A DNA stretch of 63,604 bases, counting the filler, from Octopus bimaculoides (Eukaryota), in the NCBI RefSeq assembly GCF_001194135.2. It is 8 parts of 8 records of this genome, joined end to end, with 100 filler letters (N's around TTAATTAATTAA, not from the genome) between each part and the next. Parts side by side here need not be neighbours in the genome. Positions count along the whole stretch, not along the records: positions 1 to 15,101 come from NC_068981.1; positions 15,202 to 26,031 come from NC_068995.1; 6 more parts are not named here. One strand, 5' to 3'. Made by a program: the position numbers and the translations under genes. This document shows positions 12,331 to 24,243 of this stretch, one piece after another. Below the pieces are notes generated by a model that searched no databases, was not told the origin of the DNA, and saw nothing but the letters and a program-made list of their open reading frames with translations. Numbering within the stretch: the stretch's first letter is position 1; each line of letters opens with the position of its first letter.

Positions 12331-13245
12331 TAATTTGATGCTCCAATAACTTAATTACTCTATATGAGCCACAGTGGAGGGAAGGGGATTGTGTTTTCCT
12401 TTATACAAAGACATGACAGTACTCACCTCTTAATCCACAGGATTACTACCATCTTTCAACATCAGTCTACAGATCTGTCATTTTCTTCATACTTTAACTT
12501 CATGCAGCCTATTCTTTTACCTTTCCATTCTTCACTTATCACTTCATCTTCTTGGTTATCTACTCTACTGCTTCTAGAATGGTTCTGTATGTTGCCATCC
12601 ATTCTCCAAATTCAACAACTTTTCTATATAGTCATTGCACCTTGTCTTAATTTTACCTGGATCCATAACTATTTGTCTTACTAAATTATTTTAGTAGCTC
12701 ATGCCTGTTACATTGGAAGAGTTTATTTTTCTATAGCACCCTAGTTCTCATTATGCTGTTGCGTAGCATAAATTTGTAGCTGTACATAATTTACTTGTAA
12801 GATAAATAACATAACATTTCCAAACCTTACTCTTGTTCAGTCACTGTTTGCTGTGTTTTTGAATGGTCACTTGGTCATTGGTGCCAGCTGTCATTTGTTA
12901 TGCATTATGAAGGTCTTGTTTTAATTTTAATAATAATTTCAGTATCAGTGTGTAGTTTGAAAAGTGTTTGATGCTTTTGTTTACAATTGGAGTAGAATAG
13001 CAGTTATAGTTTCTTTGTTAGGCAGCCACAGTACTTTGATGTACTAAATAAACAAAAAAATTATACATATATGTATATATTTTTACTGGTTTCAGTCATT
13101 AGAGTGTAATCATACTGGAGCATCACTAGATATGTGTGCGTGTGTGTAATTGATAAACTTCAAAGAATAAATCCATAGTAATTAAGAGCTCAGTTATTAA
13201 TAGATCATTACATTGCAGTAAATCCAAGTGGGACCAACTTGTATG

Positions 13246-13319
<74 letters not shown>

Positions 13320-13581
13320 TACATATACATATATATATATATATAAAGTTAAAATGATCTTTAATAGCGACATACTTAGCACAGAAAAGCTTAATTTTCT
13401 TATAATTCATAATTTGTGCTCAACAGCTGTTTCAATAACATAAACACTGCCAAATATATAATTACAATAATTGTAATATATAATTTAAATTAAGTCAGCT
13501 AGCTAGCTAATTATTTTATAAGTGTACGCCTAAATCATCAGGAATGTTATATTAATCAGAAATCTGTTCCTGGTTTAAATA

Positions 13582-14463
13582 CAGGGTGCAGTAAATATAC
13601 TATCTAAATTACACCAAAATGAAAGTACCACTGACATCTCTTTTTAACAGATGTATTTACCAAAATTACATAAAAATATCTTGAAATAGAGTAAATTTAT
13701 TCAATAAAATTGCCATTGGCTTTAACCATGGCCTCCAGACGACTTCAGAATCTCCTGCAACTCTTCTGGATATTCTCCTTGTTTAAGTTGGTGAATACTG
13801 CCATAATCCTTGCCTTCAATTCGTCTTTGGTGTTACAAGGGGTTTTGTAGGTCTCTCATTCAACTGCACCCCACACATAATAATCAAGAGGGTTGTGGCT
13901 TGGGGAATTAGATGGCCAGGTGTTAGGGAGGTTGTGGTTGCAGAAATTGTCTTGACAGCTGTGACTGGGTTCTCCCGCTTGTGTGGCATGGTGCCGAGTC
14001 CTGTTGCCAGATGTAGGGTTTTCGAGCAGCCACCCTCTTGACCCAGGGCAACACTACCTCCTCCAAACACTTGATGTAGGCCTCCATGTTGAGTTTGAGG
14101 CCGTGTGGGAAGATAAATGGAGGCATTATGTCACCATCATTAGTGATCACTCCAAACAACATGATGTTGACTGGATGTTTGATGTTCATCACTCTCGATA
14201 CCTGTTTTGGGAACATGGCAAACCAACAGTTGTTCTGTGTATTCACCATCTGTTCATATTGGAGCTTCCGGCACGAATACCAAGCAGTACAGCATGTTGT
14301 GTCCAAATTTCTTGCAGAGTGAATTGCATCATGGTGCTGTGTTTTTCACAGGTGGTGTCCAACTCACCCTGCAATACTCTGTAGTTGACAAAACCAAAAA
14401 GAAACAATGCGCATGTGCGAAATTAAAAATATAAAATGGCAACGATTTACCCATTGCACCCTG
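13582..14463 (-). mobile_element. Internally deleted DD37D (maT/mori) Tc1-mariner element, 882 bp
   Basis: TA-flanked CAGGGTGC TIRs. Minus-strand transposase remnant KHPVNIMLFGVITNDG...YIKCLEEVVLPW...WQQDSAPCH. Confidence 0.9.
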
Positions 14464-14639
14464 TACATTGTGACGAAAAGGACAGACAATAGTAAAAAGC
14501 AAAAAATCCTAAATATACAAAAGCGTATAAATATCTCTATATATGTGAATGCACATATATACATATCTAATATCATTAATGCGCAAACTAATTTCTGTGT
14601 GTTTGTGTCACACTTTGACCTCCTGTCACTGTTCAATGA

Positions 14640-14885
14640 CACTTTTTCGTGCTGGGGTGAGAGTAATAATAGGCATAGAGACGGTGAGGGTGGTGGGAAA
14701 GACTGACAGGGAGAGAAAGAGAGACAAAGAAATTTAGGAAGTGTTGATGATGTTTTATTAAAAGTAGTAGTGTTGATAGTGGCAATGGGAGTAATGAGAG
14801 AGAGAGAGAGAGTGGTTGTGAGAGAAAGAGGGAGATGATGTACAACTTTCTTGGACAGAAATTCTTGTAGCCAGCATACTGAACC
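14640..14885. repeat. Interspersed repeat, homologous to inverted copy at 33370-33610
   Basis: aggcatagagacggtgagggt...gtagtagtgttgatagtggcaatgggagtaatga matches the reverse complement of 33370-33610. Confidence 0.7.
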
Positions 14886-14927
14886 AACTGTTGAATACTA
14901 ACATTTGTTTTATTTTTGTTTTCTTTA

Positions 14928-14974
<47 letters not shown>

Positions 14975-14976
<2 letters not shown>

Positions 14977-15101
14977 GGGGTTGGACAAAATAATGGAAAC
15001 ACCTTTAAATTTCAAACAAATTTATTTTAATATGGGGTAGGACCGCCTTTGGCAATAATTACAGCTTGAATTCTACGAGGTATGGATTCATACAAAGTTT
15101 G
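14975..15101. mobile_element. Tc1-like element terminus truncated by assembly gap
   Basis: TA|CAGGGGTTGGACAAAATAATGGAAACAC is a typical Tc1 TIR; it is inserted at the TA ending a (CA)n run. Confidence 0.7.
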
Positions 15102-15201
15102 NNNNNNNNNNNNNNNNNNNNNNNNNNNNNNNNNNNNNNNNNNNNTTAATTAATTAANNNNNNNNNNNNNNNNNNNNNNNNNNNNNNNNNNNNNNNNNNN
15201 N

Positions 15202-15545
15202 ATGTCCCCCTTGTTTGGGTCCTTTCTTAGCAAAGCCACCACTCCTCGACAAACAAAAGCAGGAATTCTCCCGTTTTGTTGCCAGTTGCAGTAGACATTT
15301 GTCAAGACGCCCGCAAACAAGTCTGGCATTGACGTATAAAGTTTGTAAGGCAGACCATCCAAACCCGGCGATCTACCTCTCGTGCAGCCTTTCATCGCTT
15401 CCTGTACTTCCCAGGCAGATATGGGTCCTTCGCAGCACTCGGCTTCGCTGGTCGAGAGTTACGGCAGGCCGTCTAGGTACACACCGAAGTCTGTTCCGTC
15501 GTCCGTCCTACTGTTCGTCCCGACACAAGGTCAGTTATTTCAGGG
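15202..15545 (-). mobile_element. L1/Tx1-clade LINE ORF2 fragment (linker/RT N-terminus)
   Basis: LDGLP*LSTSEAECCEGPISAWEVQEAMKGCTRGRSPGLDGLPYKLY...GVVALLRKDPNKGD includes the SPGLDGLP motif. Confidence 0.9.
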
Positions 15546-15715
15546 GAGGAGCTAAGTCAATTACATCAACTCCAGTGATCAACTGGTACTTATTTTATTG
15601 ACCCCGAGCGGATGAAAGGCAAATTCGATCTCAGCAGAATTTGAACTCAATACATGAAAATGGATGAAATGCCACGAAGCATTTTACCTGGTGTGACAGC
15701 TTGCCACCCATAACA
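15545..15715 (-). mobile_element. SINE family B copy
   Basis: ctggtacttattttattgacccc...ggatgaaaggcaaa...gaatttgaactca core. Confidence 0.75.
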
Positions 15716-15754
15716 ACAGTAACAGTATTATTCAAAATAGTTTACTTCTACTAC

Positions 15755-16908
15755 TACACACATCTCTATATATGAGAGTAACAGCTGAAGAAATTACAGC
15801 AGCTAAAGAGTTAATTATTTATAAATTTATTTCTAAACGAGGCCCTGGTAAAGATTCTTTATTATAGCTAGCTAAGTCTCCCCATACACAGACATCAGAA
15901 TAATAGTTGGTAATCAATGAGAAGATTTGACTGAAGTACTGATAACAAAAACCTCGTGTGAGAAAGTAAGCTAATAAGCCAAGTACATATGTAGGCTGCA
16001 GCTGTGAGCTATTTCCTACAAGTTGAACCCAATCCTAGTGACAAACCACCAGGGATAGATTATGAACTGTTAACCTTTAATCTAATGACAGAGCATGGCA
16101 CATGGTGAGATGCTGACACCAATTTTTTGGCAATATTACAAATGGAGTATCTACTGAATTTGTCTGCATGATTAATTTCTTCCATACCCGCTACCCCTTC
16201 ATAGAATTTCATTAGCTATTTTTGAAACCAGGTCATTTGAGGTGCATATAGTTGTATGATACAAAACCTCTAATTTTAAAGTGTTCATATATGAATCTAA
16301 AATTTCTGTCATTTTATGGAGTAAAAATCAAAGTGAGACACAGAAACAATATGTGTAAAAGGACAATGCACATAGAGAAGCTCTCACCAGCCATGGAAAC
16401 AAGAATATGCATAATTTCTGTGTGTTTAAAGTCCAATAACTTTAATTCCTTGGGACTACTTCTCAGGACATTTTAGTGATAGTAAATATAACCAAGATGA
16501 TAAACATCACAAAAAAAAAAAAAAGACTTAGAATGAGTGAAGTAAAAGAAAAAAACTAGTTTCATGTAATTTCATTAGGTTATATTATGCTACAAGCATC
16601 AGCTTGAAATTGAATGACAGTTATTTTACTAAATCCCTCCAAAAATTCTTGATTTTTTTTTTACCAAAATTAATTGAAACACGTAGTATATTTCATAGGA
16701 AATATTATTAAAAAAGAGTTAAGGCACTGTATCCTGCTGATAGTAAGAGTGAACTATAACTAATTTCAACAAGGTAGACTTAGCCAGCTATAATAAAGAG
16801 CCTTTACCAAGTCCTCATTTATAAATAAATAAATATATGTATAATTAACTCTTTCACTACAGCAATTTCTTCAACTGTTACTCTCATATATGTAGATGTA
16901 TGTGTGTA
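15755..16908. repeat. Long inverted repeat pair (~130 bp arms at 15755-15880 and 16775-16908)
   Basis: tatatgagagtaacagctgaagaaatt...ctttattatagctagctaagtct matches the reverse complement of agacttagccagctataataaagag...tcttcaactgttactctcatata. Confidence 0.8.
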
Positions 16909-18019
16909 CATTGTAGACAGTAATTTGTGATCAATATACACAGACATCCATTGGGATGTATGTGACTATATTGTAGACATTATAAAGATCAATAAATGTA
17001 AAACACTGCGTGTGTGCGCACACATGCATGTCTAGTTATTCATCTGTTTTTGTAAATATCTGCCCAGAACCTGTACTGTGTGTAAAATCTATATAAGTCT
17101 AATCAATCTTAAGCATCTGTTTATTGATTTCTACATCAAAGCCTGCCCAAACTACAATGTTTATAAATATCACACTGATCTATTTTAGGAATGTATATGA
17201 ATGGCATTAAATCCAGGTATAAAACTGCTGACATTCAATGGTTAAACAGAAAAATGAGTGCCCTCATCACCAACACTGCCACTACCATCTGAAATTTATA
17301 ATGTGTCATAGAGTACTCATTAATACTTAGGTCTTTTAAACTAACTATTGAGTCAATAGTAGCAATAAGAGGTGGGGGACCAATTAGAACATGACCCTGG
17401 CCGCTCTGTGGAAACTGTCTGAATCTATAAATATAAACAGGAAGTAAAGAGACCACCCCTACCACCACTCCTTAAACAAGCAATACCCAGAAGAGAATGA
17501 ATGGCCGAGTGAATTTCAGGTGTATAAACTGACCTGGTTTTAGTTCAGTGCAGCAAAAGAATGTGTTTATAGCATTAAAAGTTTTGTTTTTGTTAGTGAA
17601 TTTAAATTGTCTTTTTATTTGTATTGCCCTCATTGTAAACAACATCATTATTCATTATTTCTATGGGGTGAAGGTAGGCAAGATAATTATATCAGTAGAA
17701 AAAACGCTGCATGGTATTTCTTCCAGTTCTTTACATTCTAAGTTCAAATCCTGCCAAAGTTAACTTTGCCTTTAGACCCCCACCATGATTAATAAAATTA
17801 TGAAAGTTTCAGGCAAATTTGTACTGCATCACCTGCTACACCTCCATGTTGCTGGGGTGTGTATACAACATTGTATTTTTTTTGTTGTTGAGAGTGTGCA
17901 AACTCTTCCTGGTATTGTATCGCATCAGTTTTTTTTTTTGAGGTGTTTTGTTGTATTAGTGTCTGTATTGTGTTGTGTGTGTAATGCATTCGGTATCCAG
18001 CCTGCTTCTTCTGCATCTT

Positions 18020-18245
18020 TTTATTATCATAAAGGTGGCGATTTCGCAGAATCATTAGCATGCTGGGCAAAATGCTTAGCGGCATTTTGTCTGATCTTAC
18101 ATTCTGAGTTCAAATTTTGCTGAGGTAAACTTTACCGTTCATCCTTTTGGGGTCAATAAATTAAGTACCAGTGAAACACTGGGGTTGATGTAATCAACTA
18201 GTCTCCAACCCCCAAATTTCAGGCCTTGTGCTTTAGTAGAAAGGA
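18020..18245 (+). mobile_element. SINE family B copy with (ATT)n tail
   Basis: aaggtggcgatttcgcagaatcattagc...ctgagttcaaatt...ggggtcaataaattaagtaccag...aaaggattattatt. Confidence 0.8.
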
Positions 18246-18279
18246 TTATTATTATTATTATTATTATTATTATTGTTGT

Positions 18280-18690
18280 TGTTGTGTAAGAATGAGGACA
18301 GCCATATAAAGAAGTGCTGATTGCTAAATGTGGAAGGAACATGTTGATGACGTAGACCAAGGAAGACATGGGACATAGTGGTGAAGACTGACCTAAAGAT
18401 TTTGAGTCTCTCAGATGAGATAAAAGGGGGACTGAGATAAATGAAATTGCGCTGCACTTGAGAAGACCTGTCTTATTTTGTGGATACTTGGTGATCTTAC
18501 TGGTGTTGGTAGCCAGTAAAAACCACCCAATACACTCTGTTAAGTGGTTGGTTTCAGGAAGGTCATCTTGTTGTGGAAACCATGCCCAAGCAAACACAGA
18601 ACTTGATGGAGCCCTCTGGTTCATCTGTTCTTGTCAAACTGTCCAATCCATGCTAGCATGAAAAAAAGGATGTATGATGATGAAGATGAT
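18280..18690 (+). mobile_element. RTE-type LINE 3' end and tail fragments
   Basis: RPRKTWD.VVK.DL-like coding remnant, followed by a caatccatgctagcatggaaaa...(gat)n tail. A similar remnant occurs at ~20260-20360. Confidence 0.45.
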
Positions 18691-18699
18691 GAATGCTGA

Positions 18700-19400
18700 G
18701 GGTGATGCATCTGGAGAGATTCTTGGACAACTGTGATGACATCAACAGTGAACATTTTTGTGTGACAAGGCTTTTTGCAATGATCTTTTTTGATTGAGTT
18801 AATCCCAGATGAAATGTAGAGCAAGGTCAGGCATTCACTGCACTCTAACAGCTGGACAATGCAAAGCCAGACTTTGTATTCCATACAAATACAGCTTGAG
18901 AATGTTTCTGGGTGTTGATGAGGACGTTCAGAACATTTTCTCCCAGGGAATTTTCAGATCAAGGATTATGGATTACTTTCAAAAGACTTTGCAGTACTGC
19001 ATGTAGCAGGGATGAAGGATTGCCTGTTCAGGGTAAGCTCTACAGACACGAAAGTGCCAGCAACTAAACCTGTCTGACATGCATGCAGGTACTGAAGCCA
19101 TTTTGATCAACTGATCAGTGTCTGTGATTTGTTGACTTGGGGACTTATTGTCAAATACTTGCTATCAAATACCTGATAAATCTGACTAACAAGTGAGTCA
19201 GTTGTAAAGAGTGACACCACCTTACTTGGGGAAGGAAGAGAAACTGGTCATCTGCTTTGTGTGTATGGTGAAAGAAGTTGAGCATTGAACACAATTAAAA
19301 GGTTTTAAAACAGAGTGTCTCCTCTCAAGCCAAGTTCCCATCAGCTTCTTCATGTACTGCTTAAAGAGAAAAATGAGGGTGGAAAGGAAGGTAGTGTGAT
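18700..19400 (-). mobile_element. Decayed RTE-like LINE RT C-terminal fragment
   Basis: Minus-strand LKIPWEKNVLN resembles the ILKIKWQDKVPN motif of RTE ORF2; many frameshifts and stops. Confidence 0.3.
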
Positions 19401-20398
19401 CTAGTGTGTTTTACAAAAAGTGGTTCAGAGCAATGAAACTGACAAAGCTAAGTCATACATGACTATAGACAAGCAGCAAGAAACTTAGAGAGGACACTAT
19501 TGAGGTTTCAGATGTGTGAAAGTAATTGTGTAAGATCTTCAACTAGAATTTTCTCAAGTAGTTTTTTTCCTCCTTCATGGAAACTTTTATTGCTGGTAAC
19601 TTATCTATTGTTTTTGTTAATTTCACTTTTTTACTTGATGTAAAGTCCCACTATTTTGTATTTCATACCATTCCCAACTTCTTGGGTCATTGGGCCAATA
19701 AAAATTATCATTATTGGCATATCTTCTGGTTCTTTTACACTCTGAGTTCAAACACTGCCAAGGTCAATTTTGCCTTTTATCCTTTTGTGGTCAATAAAAG
19801 AACCAGTCAAGTAAAAGGTTGATGTAATCAACTGCATCCCTCCTCAATTGGCCTTGAGCCAAAATTTGAAATTATCATCATCAAAAATATCAGAATGACC
19901 ATCCTCAAAGCCTGTGGCTTATGTTCTGTCATGGTTACTGTGCTATGTTTTTGGTTGATGCATTTAAACTGACTACACCCCTGGTTTTAAAGAGGTAAGA
20001 CGTTGTGATTATAATTCACTGCTGTAAGCAAGCACTAGCAACACTGTAAACCTGATGAATGTTTCATTTAACTTTTATGATTTCAAACTATTTGAAATCA
20101 CCTGTGGTTTGGACACAAAAAACATCTTGTTTTAAAAGGGTTCCTGATCAAATTAATTGTAAGAAAACATCAGCAACGACAAAGTTATTTTACTGAAACC
20201 TTTCAAATTCTTGATTTTCTAAACTAATTGAAACAGTATGGTCATGTGATGCATATATGGACGAGGACAGTTGAGTAAAGAAGTGCTGATCTCTAATTGT
20301 GGAGGGAACCTGTGGAAGAGGTAGACTCAGGAAGATGTGGGATGAGGCAGTGAAATATTGAGTATTTTAACAGTCATCAAAACAGTGATAATAATAAT

Positions 20399-20611
20399 CT
20401 TTTCTGCTCTAGGAACAAGGCCCGAAATTTTGGGGGAGGGGCCAGTTGATTACATCGACACCAGTACACAACTAGTACTTAATCTATTGACCCCCAAAAG
20501 GATGAAAGGCAAAGTCAACCTCGGCGGAATTTGAACTCAAGAACGTAAAGACAGACGAAATACCACTAAGCATTTCGCCCGGTATGCTAACGTTTCTGCC
20601 AGCTCGCCGCC
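20399..20611 (-). mobile_element. SINE family B, near-intact copy
   Basis: Minus strand reads GGCGGCGAGCTGGCAGAAACGTTAGC...GAGTTCAAATTCCGCCGAGGTTGACTTTGCCTTTCATCC; pol III-type head (GTTCAAAT B box) and (ATT)n tail. Confidence 0.9.
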
Positions 20612-20617
20612 TTAGTG

Positions 20618-20657
<40 letters not shown>

Positions 20658-20659
20658 TA

Positions 20660-21222
20660 GCAATTGTTTTCAAAGTAGGCACAAAGTCAACAGTTTTGAG
20701 GGGAAGGGGTTAGTTGATGAAATCAACCCCTGTTCTTGACAAGTAACTTTATGTTATCGACCCAGGAAGGATAGAAAGTAAAGTTGACTTTGGTGAAATT
20801 GGAACTCAAAATATAAAAAACTGAAAGGAATACCATGCAGCATTTTGTTTGATATACTAATGATTCTGCTAAAACAAATAATAATAATGGTTTCAAATTT
20901 TGCCACAGGGGCAGCAACTTTGGGGGAGGGGATGAGTCAATTACATTGACCCCAGTGTTCAACTGGTACTTACTTTATCGATTCCGAAAGGATGAAAGAC
21001 AAAATCAACCTCGGAGGAATTTGAACTCAGAACGTAAGGACAGGCAAAATGCCGCTATGCATTTTGCATGCTAAAGGTTCTGCATAGGCATGCTAAAGGT
21101 TCTGCTAATTATAATAATCCTTTCTACTATAGGCACAAGGCCTGAAATTTTGGGGCCTGGGAACTAGTCAATTACATCGACCCCAGTGTTTCACTGGTAC
21201 TTTATTTATAGACCCCAAAAGG

Positions 21223-21230
<8 letters not shown>
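20660..21230 (-). mobile_element. Three further head-to-tail SINE family B copies
   Basis: Repeated cores at ~20660-20880, ~20890-21110 and ~21120-21230, separated by (TAA)n. Confidence 0.8.
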
Positions 21231-21254
<24 letters not shown>

Positions 21255-21258
<4 letters not shown>

Positions 21259-21502
21259 TGGACAGGAAGACAAGAAAGCTCCTAATGATGCATGGAGCCC
21301 ATCATCCACATGCAGACACTGATCGCCTATACATGAAGAGAGCAAATGGAGGAAGGGGAATGCATACATACCAAACTCGGGAGCTTAATGAGATACCTAT
21401 TCCAAAGTAAGGCTTAATTGCCGTGGAAGAGAGTATAGAAGATGGAAAGAAAATGCCTACTAGAATATTTTCAGAACAGCCCAGAGAAATTACTGAAGGC
21501 TG
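21255..21502 (+). mobile_element. R4/Dong-clade LINE fragment
   Basis: ELDRKTRKLLMMHGAHHPHADTDRLYMKRANGGRG...GLIAVEESIE...LLEYFQNSPEKLLKA matches the R4/Dong post-RT motif. It begins directly after an (AAT)n run. Confidence 0.8.
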
Positions 21503-22699
21503 TTCTGTAAATATTCTGGTGAGTTTTAATCTCACCTAGGTCAACTTTGCCTTTTATCCTTCCGTGTTTGTAATAATAATGTTGATGTCTAATTTAGGTA
21601 CAAGGTTAGCAATTATCAGAGGAGGGGATAGTCAACACTACCACCCCTACTACTTGACTGGAACTTTTTATTTTATGGACCCTGAAAGAATGAAAGGTGA
21701 GTTAACCTTGGTGTGATTTGAACTCAGAATATAATGAGCCAGAAAAAATACCACAGGACATTTTTTATGGCAGCAACAATGACAAAATAACAACAATGAT
21801 AATTGTTTCTAATTTAGGCACACAGCCAGCAGTTCTGAGAAAGTGAAAGGCAGAATTTGAACTCAAAAGTGTCAGAAGAAATAGCACAAAGTAATTTTTC
21901 CAATGCTCTAATGATTCTGTCATTTCTCAGGATTAAAATTTAAAGGATTTAAAGGTAGCAGAACACTTTGAACCCAGGATTTGACTGATACTTTATTTTA
22001 TCAACCTTGGAAGGATGAAAGACGAAGTTGACTTCTATAAAATAATATTGATTTCTTTTTGACAATTCCTCGTCAAGTAAAACAACTAAAGGTTCGTTAT
22101 TTTGCTCATCATTGATGTGCCTCCCCACTACCTCTATCAAGTTTCTTATGCACTTGCAATTTTCCCGTTGTACTAAAAGATTCCTCACCTCTGGCACAGT
22201 TACTCTTTTGTTGGCTCATTATGATGTTCATAGTGTAAATGTATGAAATGAAAGTTCCATAGAAATAAAAGTACAATGTGAGTGTGTGTGACCTAATAGG
22301 TTTAATGGATGTATTTTTAATATATATTCATTAATAATATAGCTGACCATGGAGTCATTGATTGGAAGTGCACATAGTAACTCTTATTCTTCCTTTCTCT
22401 GTCTCTGTATATATTTGGGTGTGAATGTGTGTAGGAGCACCACTGTGTAACACGAGTGCTGTTGTATAAAAGAGAGGAGAGAGATAGAGATGCATTACAA
22501 AGGAGATGAGGAAACAGAAGAGAGAGACAAGAAAAAGAGAAATGGTGCGTGTGTGTGTGTGCACATGCATAAGTGTGTGACTGTTGTGCGTGTGAGAATG
22601 AAAGATTGGTGCAGCATTTTATGAATGTGAGAAGACAAAGAGAAACTGATTGGTATCCATTATCTATACTGCAATCATGTCTATATTTTAAGTAGGTAT

Positions 22700-22701
22700 G
22701 T

Positions 22702-22735
<34 letters not shown>

Positions 22736-22761
22736 GAGAGAGAGAGAGAGANNNNNNNNNN

Positions 22762-22810
<49 letters not shown>
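22700..22810. repeat. (AG)n microsatellite with small gap
   Basis: Direct inspection. Confidence 0.95.
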
Positions 22811-22811
<1 letters not shown>

Positions 22812-23264
22812 ATGTGTGTGTACACACACACACATACAGATAGATATAGAGAGAAAGGGAGAAAGATAGTATGGTAAGTGCATTAGTGAAATCAAATTGG
22901 GCAGAAAAAACAATAACAGAATTCACACATTAACAAAACCTGTGGAAACCACTGTGTGGTCACTCTTGAAGCTAGATTGAATGCCTTGCAGTATTTGATC
23001 CAATTCTCTGTGCTTTGACTTCAAATCATGTTAAGATCAATTGTTTTTCATCCTTTCAGACGTTGATAAATAAAACTAATTTCGGCTGGGAGGCTATGTG
23101 ATATCTGTTTATTTTGATTTCAAATCTCACTTCATGTTACTGGTAAACTGGCACCTCAGGACCTGGCAAAATCAGTGATAAACTTGAGAAATATGTAAGT
23201 ACCCAAGTATTTTTACTCTATCATTTATGTCCAGTCCTGGAAACGAGTGAGCATATTATATATA

Positions 23265-23662
23265 GGCACAGACGTGGCTGTGAAATAAGAAGTTTGCTTC
23301 CCAACCACATAGTTTCAAATTCATTCTCATTGTGTGGCAACCTGGGCTAATGTCTTCTACTATAGCCTTGGGCCAACCAAAACTTTGTAAGTGGATTTGG
23401 TAGATGGAAACTGAAAGAGGCCTGTGTATGTGTGTATGAGTGTGTGTGTGTGTGTGTGTAATTGTATCTGTGTTTGTCTTCCACCACTACTTAACACCTG
23501 GTGTTGGTGTATTTACATCCCTGTAACTTAGTGGTTCAACAAAAGAGACCAATAGAATAAGTAGTAGGCTTAAATAAAATAAGTATTGTGGTTGATTTAC
23601 TCAACTAAAACTTCTTGAAAGTGGTGCCCAGCATGGCCACAGTAAATAAAATGAGTAAAAGA
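23265..23662 (+). mobile_element. SINE family A, full-length CpG-decayed copy
   Basis: ggcacagacgtggctgtg head, internal (TG)n and ccagcatggccacagt...gtaaaaga tail. Confidence 0.85.
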
Positions 23663-23794
23663 TGAAAGACATATATATGATGGACTCTCCTGTCAAAGAC
23701 GATGTATGAGTGTTCAGTGAGAAGACAGAAAAAAAGAACCCAACCAAACAAACAATCAACAACACACATTACTATTACTACCATTCACCCATGT

Positions 23795-24085
23795 TTACAA
23801 TTCACTCCACCTGGTGACTCCTCATGCAAGTCTTCAGGCCACCAAAAGCAAGATGGATATGAGTATGAGCATGACTTATTAAACTAGAATGTGATCTAAC
23901 TGAGAAATCTATGTGGATGAGAGTGATTTGCAGGAAGACTGTTGTTCTCTTGGTCTCTTTTATTGATTTCCTGTAACTGTTCTTGATGAAGTACCCTTTC
24001 AGTTTCAAAATTTTGAATCTAGAAAAAGCACTCTCTCCTCCAGTCTGCATAGTTTCTCGCAAGACTCTCAAAGTTTTCTTTCCTA
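23795..24085 (-). mobile_element. RTE-clade LINE ORF2 3' end remnant
   Basis: ENFESLARNYADWRREC (compare WE.LA.DR..WR) and LAFGGLKTCMRSHQ (compare the terminal GL.SH.R.H zinc-finger tail). Confidence 0.5.
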
Positions 24086-24243
24086 ATACTCAGGTATTTC
24101 AAGCATTTTATATACACACACACACACACACATACACATGCAACAGGAGTAGTATATGTATATATGTTCATTAATACTTTTTATATGTGCAAATTGAATG
24201 TCTCTTACAATTAGCTCAATGACTGCATGCGAACACACATATA

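Noticed and set aside
17235-17468. Plus-strand reading after cttAG (17331) as the next PRPF39 exon, and the 77-aa minus ORF
   Set aside because: The plus reading hits TGA after about 21 codons and does not resemble PRPF39; the minus ORF has no recognisable homology.
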